A stretch of 64,000 bases of DNA from Bugula neritina (taxonomy: Eukaryota; Animalia; Bryozoa): positions 6,334,729 to 6,398,728 of the forward strand of contig OZ037770.1 in assembly GCA_964035545.1 (NCBI GenBank), written 5' to 3'. A model generated the notes under the pieces. It had not been told where the DNA came from. It did no database searches and saw only the letters and a program-made list of their open reading frames with translations. A program made the translations under genes and the position numbers. Shown here piece after piece: positions 55,958 to 64,000 of this stretch; position 1 is the stretch's first letter, and each line of letters opens with the position of its first letter.

Positions 55958-58900
55958 ATGGGGAAAGATTACAATGAGAATCAGTGTGGATTTTTAGCAA
56001 CAATTTACTTTATACACCTTAAATCAGGTGCTGAAGTAGAGCATTTCAACAGAGAGTTTAAAGTCACAAAAGGATTAACTGCCAAGGATTATAGTAGAAA
56101 AAGAAAGCAAGCTAGTAGGCATTTCAATAACGCCCTATCCTACGTTAATAATAATAAGGAGAAAGAAAAAGATAATTTTGTTTCCTATTTCTCATTTCAA
56201 AACTTCAAGAAGCTGTCAGCAGCAAGTAAACTAAAGCACAACTACAATAATTGCCTAAAACCTGAAAACGCTGAAAACCATAGACCAATGTGGATAATGA
56301 AAAGAAGCAACAAATGCCATCTAGAGACTCCTGCTAAAACTGCTTTGAATTCTTTAAAAGCTGTATTGGACAAGACACCGACTGAGATAACTGCTACTGT
56401 GGTGGATGATTTTGTTAGAAATGTAATAAAACCAGTCACAGAAAAATTAAAAGGAACACCCTTCTCAGCAAAGTTATCTATTGGCTCAAAGCGTAAAGCA
56501 GTGACAGTTGACGCAGTCCCTAAGAAGGTTCGCAGAGCCATCATCAAGTCTGCCAATGATGAAATGAATGATGAAACCACTAATAAAGATTTCATATCGC
56601 TCTATGCATCTAAGCAATCACAATCAGAGTGGGATGTGCAAAGAAAACGATCATTTGGTGAAATGAGGCAAAACAGAAAGAAATCACACACCGGCAGACT
56701 AACTGATTATACATTCAATGAAATAGTTGTAAAATCAGCTTTAAAAGAAAATGAGGACATAAATTGGTCTGCTCTAAGCAAGTCAGCAAACTTGAAAAAT
56801 GCCAACAATAAAGCTCCCAGAAACGCAGGCCAGGTAAGACTTAATCAAATTGTAACTACTGCTGCTAATTACTTTTTTGACAGAGTTACCATTTTTTATT
56901 TTAAATATGTTATCTATGCAGAAAAAGTTTGACAAGATTATCACCATTACTTTATTTCATCTTTGATGGATCTTCCAAAAACATAAATTGCACACACACA
57001 TAATATATACTGACATATATACACACACATAATATATACTTACATATATACATACATACACACATAATATATATGTCATAGAAGTTGAGCAAAAGTAATA
57101 TTTGCAAATGTAGTACATCTATCATCTATGAAACAGGAGTGTATTGACTTGTTTACCAGGTTATGAAAGAAGTCGCAGAACATGTTTTGAAGCATCCTGT
57201 ACAAAGAAAGCCAAAAACCCGAATATCATGGCTAAATTACAAAAATCTCAGTCTAAATATCAAACGAAAAGCTTCTGTAACTAGGCTAAAAATAAAGAAA
57301 AAGCGGATGATAGACAACGGAGAGATTGATGTTGGGAAAGCCATAGTACCAATAGAATACCAGACTGTACAAGTTCAATCAAATGGCACATTGGTAGGTT
57401 GATTACTCCTAAAGTCAATAACTGAGCTTTTCAGCACACTTGTACTATGTTACAGTAAGTATAAAGGACTGATAATATCATTTCTTACTTTATCTAGTTA
57501 TTATTTAAAGTATTTGGTATATCATTCTTTAATTTTGCAGGTCAAATCTAAAAAAGAGGTATCTGGTAGAAAGTTCTCTCTTCTAAACATACGGAGAGAT
57601 CATCTCGCCAGAATGGAAAAGCTGAAGATTTTAAGATCTGCAGCTGACATAGAAAAGATGTCTGTAGTAGATTCACTAGCTTTCCTGGAGAGAAATGGTA
57701 GGATTTGAATTAAGTATATCCAGAGGCTCATTTGTCTTTAAAACTTGTTCTACAAATAAATGATACTGATTTTCTTAACATAATGAACAACATTCTATGA
57801 CTTTTGAGATTTATGAGCTACATAAATCAAAACTAGCGCTGCAATAGCTATAGAAAACTTTATTTGAACAAAAAAAGATATTTACAGCTAAAATGCTTGC
57901 AATGTGGAGCAAGGCTTATCTCAATATATCCATGCCTTGTGGAAATCAAAGAAGCCACAAAATTTCTGTCATCTTTTTAGAGATAAGCTTTTTTAGACTA
58001 AGACCAAGTAAATATAGTCAATATTCCAAAGGCCCATTGCTCCGAAGGTGCATTATTCCGAAGGTGCATTAGTCTGAAAATTGGTAGATATAGTATTAAA
58101 TCACTGAGAATATCATAAATTTTACTCACAATCTTGCTATATTATTGCTAGCTGTGGGTGGCGTGCGTGTGGCCTACAAGTTTGTAATTTTTTAGCCTGA
58201 GATTACACTATGATGCTGCCTCAATTAAGGGCTCCATCATCTATCAACATTCCATTGTGGCTGCTCCATAAACTAAGTACACACAGCAAGCTATTCACTA
58301 GCCTGTCAGCTAGCAAGCCTGCAATTAGTAATCTATGCATTAGTTTCTCTTCATCTCCAAGTGTTCACTGAAGTATGAAGTGTTGTGCAAGGGTGATATA
58401 ATAAGTATTTTTATTTCACAGTTCATGTAAAAATGACAGCTATAGGCAATGAACTCAAAATATCCAGTTCAATGGCTATAGCGACTGCAATTCTATTCTA
58501 GCTACAGTCAGTCAGCTTATATAGGCCCTTCACACGTTGACTATTAACTGAAAAACTAAATTAAAAAATATTAAAGGAAGCAAACATTTTGGGTCTACTG
58601 TACTGCATTTATGATAAGCTTAGAAAAAGTTTACCTTGTATTTTATAAAAAATAGTTTGCATTTGAAGTTGGCGTCAAAAAATTATTGGTATTGAATGAA
58701 ATAGTAAATTTCTGGCTTGGCAGTTAATTATTTAATATCACATATTTAATCTCTAAAATTATTTGTAAGCTGCTAAACTGCATTATTCTATGCTAGTATT
58801 CTTAATATCAGTAAATACGAGCATTGGAGACAAAAAATAATAAACATCTTACTCTGAAATTAAATAACCAAAGCTGCACACCAAACCAAACAACCCCACA

Positions 58901-61900
58901 AGACATGTAGATGAGGGCAACATTATTAGTATATAAGAGTTCAGGCCCGCCAAATAAAACCTCACCTAACCTAAAATTTGAAAACCATGTTGCAGATCTT
59001 CCTGTTGCTCAGACTATGTTCAATAAATAATTTTAGTTCTAATAATAGTTCTACTAATTTTCGGACTAATGCACCTTCGGAATATTGCCCAGTCCCCCCT
59101 AAAACTACCATAAAAAATCAGTCTGGAATGCGCAATCACATTGAATGCAATTCTTTAAAATAATTACTATTAAATGTTTAGGGATAGTGGTTGGCAGTAT
59201 GGACAGCCCCAAGGAACGCCTTAAAGAAGCCTCGCAAAGTAGACATATGGTTTTGTGGCATGACCATTCAGAAATTGCTGGTAAACATTTATTTATTCAT
59301 GTATTTTTGTACAAAGAAATGTTAGTTACATAATCAAGCTGTTCACCAATATATCTTATATGTATTTTTTTCAGGTAAAAGCCACTACTTGTTCATGGTA
59401 TGGTTTTTGTACGACCCATGTACATACTATACAGATGGAGAGTTTTCAAAGATGAACTGCAAAGTAAGCTGATAGAATTATGCAAGCTCAATATAGAACA
59501 CATTTCAATTAGGGTCATCTTATTTGAATTAAAGTTGCTACAATAAGCCAAGCTCTCACTACAGTATTACAAGTGTCGTTTAGTCTTTGGTAACAGCAAT
59601 TACTAATGACTAGGTGTTTTAAAGAACAAATGTTGAAATACACCAAAATATTCTGAAACATAAATGTTTACTTTATGCTAATTCAGGAAACACCAGTCAA
59701 TGTACAATCAGTGGTGGAATCACCTTACATCTATCTACTTGCCCAATCCAACTCTTCCGTTAAGGATCAACTTCTTTATGTTCCTACTCGACTAGAAGAC
59801 CTTAGAGAATTGGAGGAAAAAATTAGCTCAAAAGATGGACGAACATTTACTGACAAACTAAGATTTTTTTCTGGTGATAGTCCAGCAAGGCAACTAGAAG
59901 CTGGGCAGCAATGTGGAGGTAAGAGTGATAAACTATAAATTGTTTACACAGGATGAAATACAAGATAGCTTTTGCTACAATAATAACAATACGTGTTTGA
60001 CTTATTCCATGTATAAATTCCCCAAAAAGAATACATATTTACAAGAAACTATATTATTTATGATGAAACTTGATAAAAACATGCATATGTATGTTCAGGA
60101 ATGTTCCCATGTATGTGTGGCACCCAAGACATTTACTTCAGTAACACTAGCAAATATAGCCAAGAAGGAGCTTTCTATAGTTCACAAGACCGCCTTCAGC
60201 TGCTCCATAAGACAAAAACATGGGAAGATGGTTTTACTAAAGGGAACCTAGCAGTCTTTCAGACAATGAAGGTATGAAATTAAGCTGAGTTATAAATAAA
60301 CACTGGTTGGGAGAAACGGCACTTCCATGTAATACATTTATATATGAGCAGCAATAATTACACTTTTTCAGACTGAAGGGCTCAGGAATGAATTGTTTCA
60401 CAGAGGGGTTGCCTATTCAAGTGCAGAGAACATTTCAGGGCTAAGAAGAATTTTGAATGTTAGCCTAAAAGGTCAGAAAATTTAGAATGATAAGTTTAAA
60501 CTATATGTGGTTACAGCGTTGTCGGATGAGATACATAGAAAAAATATGGGCTGCATGAAGCCATAGTAACATAGAATAAATCTTCATCCAATCTTAGTTT
60601 TGCATCTAGTGAAAGTAGCGATTCATTGTTATGTATATACACACACAAGCTACTATGGGCGCACACATGTATATATAATCTTTATGAAAAACTTAGTTAG
60701 GAATATAACTTTGGTCTCACATAAGTTTCTAAATACCTACTTTACAGGTGTGAAAAGGCCTCCTGCTCTTCTTTGTACTAAGCTGGAATCACAGATCGAT
60801 ATAGGCAGCTACGAAATTTCATCAATAGAACCATTACATGATCTAAAAAATGTTATCAACAAAATTTTAAAAGAACTACCTAAAGCTGCAAAGAATAAAG
60901 AACTCAAGGAAAAATTGACCAATCTTGTTTCAGACATTGAAGGTGAGTAGAGATTCTAACTTGCTAGTAGAAATTGCTAACACACATTTTCAATATTGTC
61001 TATATCAAAATTAAATAGCCATTTCAAAAACAATTATAAACCTATACAAACATGAATTATAGCTCAAAATAGAGAAATGAAGGGAACAGAATGCCGGCTT
61101 AATTTGGTAAAAGTCACCATCATGCTACAAGATTTCCAGCACACTGAAGATGGGAGAGCCATGTACGTTATGCTAGCAGCATTGACAGAGCTGCAAAGTT
61201 TGGCATACATGTGTGACACTAATAGATGTCCTAGAACAATCCTCAGGGCATATAATCAAAGTTTTCTTTTTGCCATTAAGTGCATGGAACTATTTGAAAA
61301 CCCAGAAACTTGCACCAAGCGCGCTATGTTTGGGATGCCCTTCCATTGCCTTTCAGTGCACTTGCCTGAAACATTGAGACTTGTTTCAGGCAGATCATTA
61401 GTAGCCGAACACGCTGAAAGGCACTTTTATAAACTAAGGTGCGTACTAAAAAATAATACTAGTACAACAGGAATTTATGCAAAGTTTGTCCACTCACTTG
61501 AAAATGAATGCAAATAGCTTACTATAGGGGTGCTGTAGAAAGAACTCAGATCTATTTAAATTCAGCCCTGATAATATTACTGTGATCTATGAAAACAGTA
61601 TTGTTTTAGGGAACTAACGCTGAGGTGCTCCAATAGAAAATCGCAAAGTATTATAGCAAGTGCTATGTTTAGAATAGTGGTAGAAAGAAAGGCTGCTGAT
61701 GATGCCATTACCAGCTACGGCAGACAGGAGCACACTATCTCCAATGCATGTAGTGGCCTTAGCCTAGGACATAACACCATATTCTCAAACAAGTAGGTCA
61801 CTGTCTGATAAGTAAGAATAGTAGCTACTTTGTTGTGTATGATATTGCTACTAAACACAGGCAAATATGCTACTTAAAAGTCTATCACTATTTTTACACT

Positions 61901-62518
61901 AGTTTCCTCAAAGCTCATAGGACAGCAACACTTCACCATTTCCGACGAATTGCTGACTTTCTAGAAATTGGAGAAGGAGTTTGGTTCAAGGTACATGATG
62001 GGGGAGTAGAGTTCAAGGATGGAAAAAACTGCCCAGACAACTACAATTCAGGGCCAATATTAACTCATTTCAGGTAAATATCTTAACTACCTATATACCA
62101 CTATATATCATATATTGTATATATCATACAACAAAAGTAGACTGTTTCTTCCTAAAAATTAATCAAAGAAAATAAAATTAATTAAAGAAAATAAGCTTCC
62201 ACTTGAAGAAAATTAAATGGAAATTCTTTACAACTTGAATCTAAATTGCATGTCCTAGCTTGAAAAAAATTGCATACAAAATTTGAACAGCTACTATCTA
62301 ATTTTTATTAATTCTAAGCAGTACGTTTTATTTAACATGTTTGGTAACCACCAGAAAACTTTTTGTTAGATCGAGAAACATGAAAGACATTAACAACATG
62401 CTGAAGACAAGCTGGGAGTTTTGCATCAGAAATAAAAACTCATTAAAAATTCCACTTTTGTGTGACATGCTGACAGATAAGAAGACAGCTGATAAGCAAG
62501 GTAAAATATTCTTTTGAA

Positions 62519-62579
<61 letters not shown>

Positions 62580-63520
62580 GTTATTTATATGTTAATTACA
62601 AGCAATTTGAAAAATGAGCAATAATTTTCTTCTGCCTAAAATGTCTATTGATAAAATTTTAACAGTGTCAAGAAAATATGAAGAAATCAAGCCTGCTATA
62701 AGCAATGTGTTGAGTAGTTTGGCAAAGGACAAGCATAAAGAAGTAGAGAACTCTATTGCTGTTTCTGCATCCAATACCTTGAATGAAACAGATGAGAAGC
62801 TTGATGAATCTTCATATGTGTGTGCTGTACCATTGTTGACACAATGTAAGTAATTTTAGATGCTGCCTCCCAATTTTAAAATTACTTATCAATTTGAAAT
62901 ACATCAAATACACTAAGAAAAAATTATTTTAAATTGGCAGGCCAGACAGAGGTACCAAGCATTTTGCCTAAGAAACTTCAACAAAAGAACACAGTTACTG
63001 GTACGTTGCTTTAAGTATGGTTATCATACACATATAACATACTTATTTTCAGTAACATAAGTTATAGTCATTTAGATTTAGAAAATAGAACCATGCAGCT
63101 ACTATAATGACTTCAGGGCAGCCAATGCACTCACATGTAATCTGAAATAATTAGAATCACCCTGGTGTTTTACAGCATATATTTCTGCCCACCTTACTTG
63201 CAATCAGTTGCTTTTCAATTTTAGATCCTATGAGGAGTCTATGGCCTTACAGTAAAACGATTTTAGAAAGCTTTCTTTCAGCTAAACACCGGTTCAAACA
63301 ACATAACTCTTGCGTTAATAAATTAATGTTGAAATCTGCAAGCCATAAAGTAAAGCCATATTTCTTGAAATTTGTTAAAATATTAGAGGAAGAAGAAAAA
63401 GCAAAAACCATAAGCAAGTTCAGAGATAGAGGACTGATTTCTATGGAAAGTAACTCAGAAGACAATTGGAAGATTAAAATTATTAATTATTGGTTGAATC
63501 AAATTAATGAGTTTCTATAA
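55958..63520 (+). CDS. 16-exon DDE transposase (~1183 aa) with RAG1/Transib/CMC-like core motifs and a SAP-like insert
   Basis: Exons 55958-56833, 57160-57393, 57541-57697, 59182-59280, 59375-59463, 59687-59918, 60099-60271, 60372-60471, 60748-60942, 61063-61438, 61610-61792, 61903-62073, 62370-62500, 62666-62845, 62941-63000, 63225-63520 sum to 3552 nt, all GT-AG, no internal stop. Motifs VLWHDHS, RFFSGDSPARQLEAGQQCGGMFPCMC, EPLHDLKN, PFHCLSVHLPE, LVAEHAERHFYKLR. Confidence 0.82.
58040..59088. mobile_element. TIR element in transposase intron 3, containing a decayed piece (58101-58390) of the CAC-terminal family
   Basis: tattccgaaggtgcattagtctgaaaattggtaga (~58054) is inverted at ~59050-59084; tandem tccgaaggtgcatta subrepeats; 58101-58390 colinear with the revcomp of ~35860-36163. 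Confidence 0.7.
62519..62579. repeat. Compound (TA)n(CA)n(TA)n microsatellite in a transposase intron
   Basis: Directly visible. Confidence 0.95.
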
Positions 63521-64000
63521 TAAAATTATTTGCATCCTTTTTTTCTATTTTTTTTTCTAACTTTAAGAAAAATAAACCTAAAGGTGAAACCAAATCAATA
63601 TCAAAAGATGAAACTATTTTTTCTGAAGTGTAATTCAACATCACTAAACATGTTTGTTCTAGTTCAACATCATTATGATTAATATTATGACATGAGTCTT
63701 ACAGTTAGTGTTATTGATACTCATACTGATACTCAGTCTCATGTCGATACTCATAGCTGATGACTTTTATTAGATACGTCATTGCCAGTAACAAAATGAA
63801 TACAAATATATAAAAAATTTAATGAATAATAATTATAATAATAATATACATTATATTAAATTAAAATAATACTAATAGTAAATAATAAAAAATTATTATT
63901 AAAAATTACTAATATATTACTATTAGTATTAGCCGTAATACTAATAACTATAAGATCATCACTATGAATATTATGTGAGTATTTGCTGAAAAATTTACTT

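Larger units (their letters stand above)
54513..64000 (+). mobile_element. Putative autonomous CAC-terminal DNA transposon; right end outside the window
   Basis: Begins CACAGGATAGTTAAGGGCATCCTC, 24/24 identical to the revcomp right end of both non-autonomous copies, with further subterminal similarity (ctctg.gggtgg..tgcgtgttgcctact, accaataa.cagc); transposase gene follows. Confidence 0.82.

Noticed and set aside
56242-56595. Minus-strand ORFs within the transposase region (also 62592-62774 and 63247-63465) as a second, RAG2-like gene
   Set aside because: They overlap + strand exons as antisense shadows and show no kelch or PHD features.

Overview
AT-rich nuclear DNA from an invertebrate, probably lophotrochozoan judging by an embedded mitochondrial fragment. 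Two convergent multi-exon membrane-protein genes are present. The + strand gene (8143-24789) encodes signal peptide, NHL repeats, Sushi, IPT/TIG domains and a TM helix, with an in-frame stop. The - strand gene (39176-~47670) encodes an F-type lectin, FN3 domains and a TM helix. A full-length decayed Ty3/Gypsy element (11378-19554) lies in an intron of the first gene and carries ~830 bp of mitochondrial DNA (atp6-trnF-nad3'). A nested TE cluster (25032-37728) between the genes includes a second Gypsy family with an extra C2H2 zinc-finger ORF in the env position. That element has two CAC-terminal, 2-bp-TSD non-autonomous DNA elements in gag and a solo LTR in its 5' LTR. At 54513 the same TIR opens a large element whose gene I can splice by hand into an uninterrupted 16-exon, ~1183-aa DDE transposase with RAG1/Transib/CMC-like motifs; its right end lies beyond the window. 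All gene models were assembled by eye from GT-AG sites and frame continuity, without database searches.
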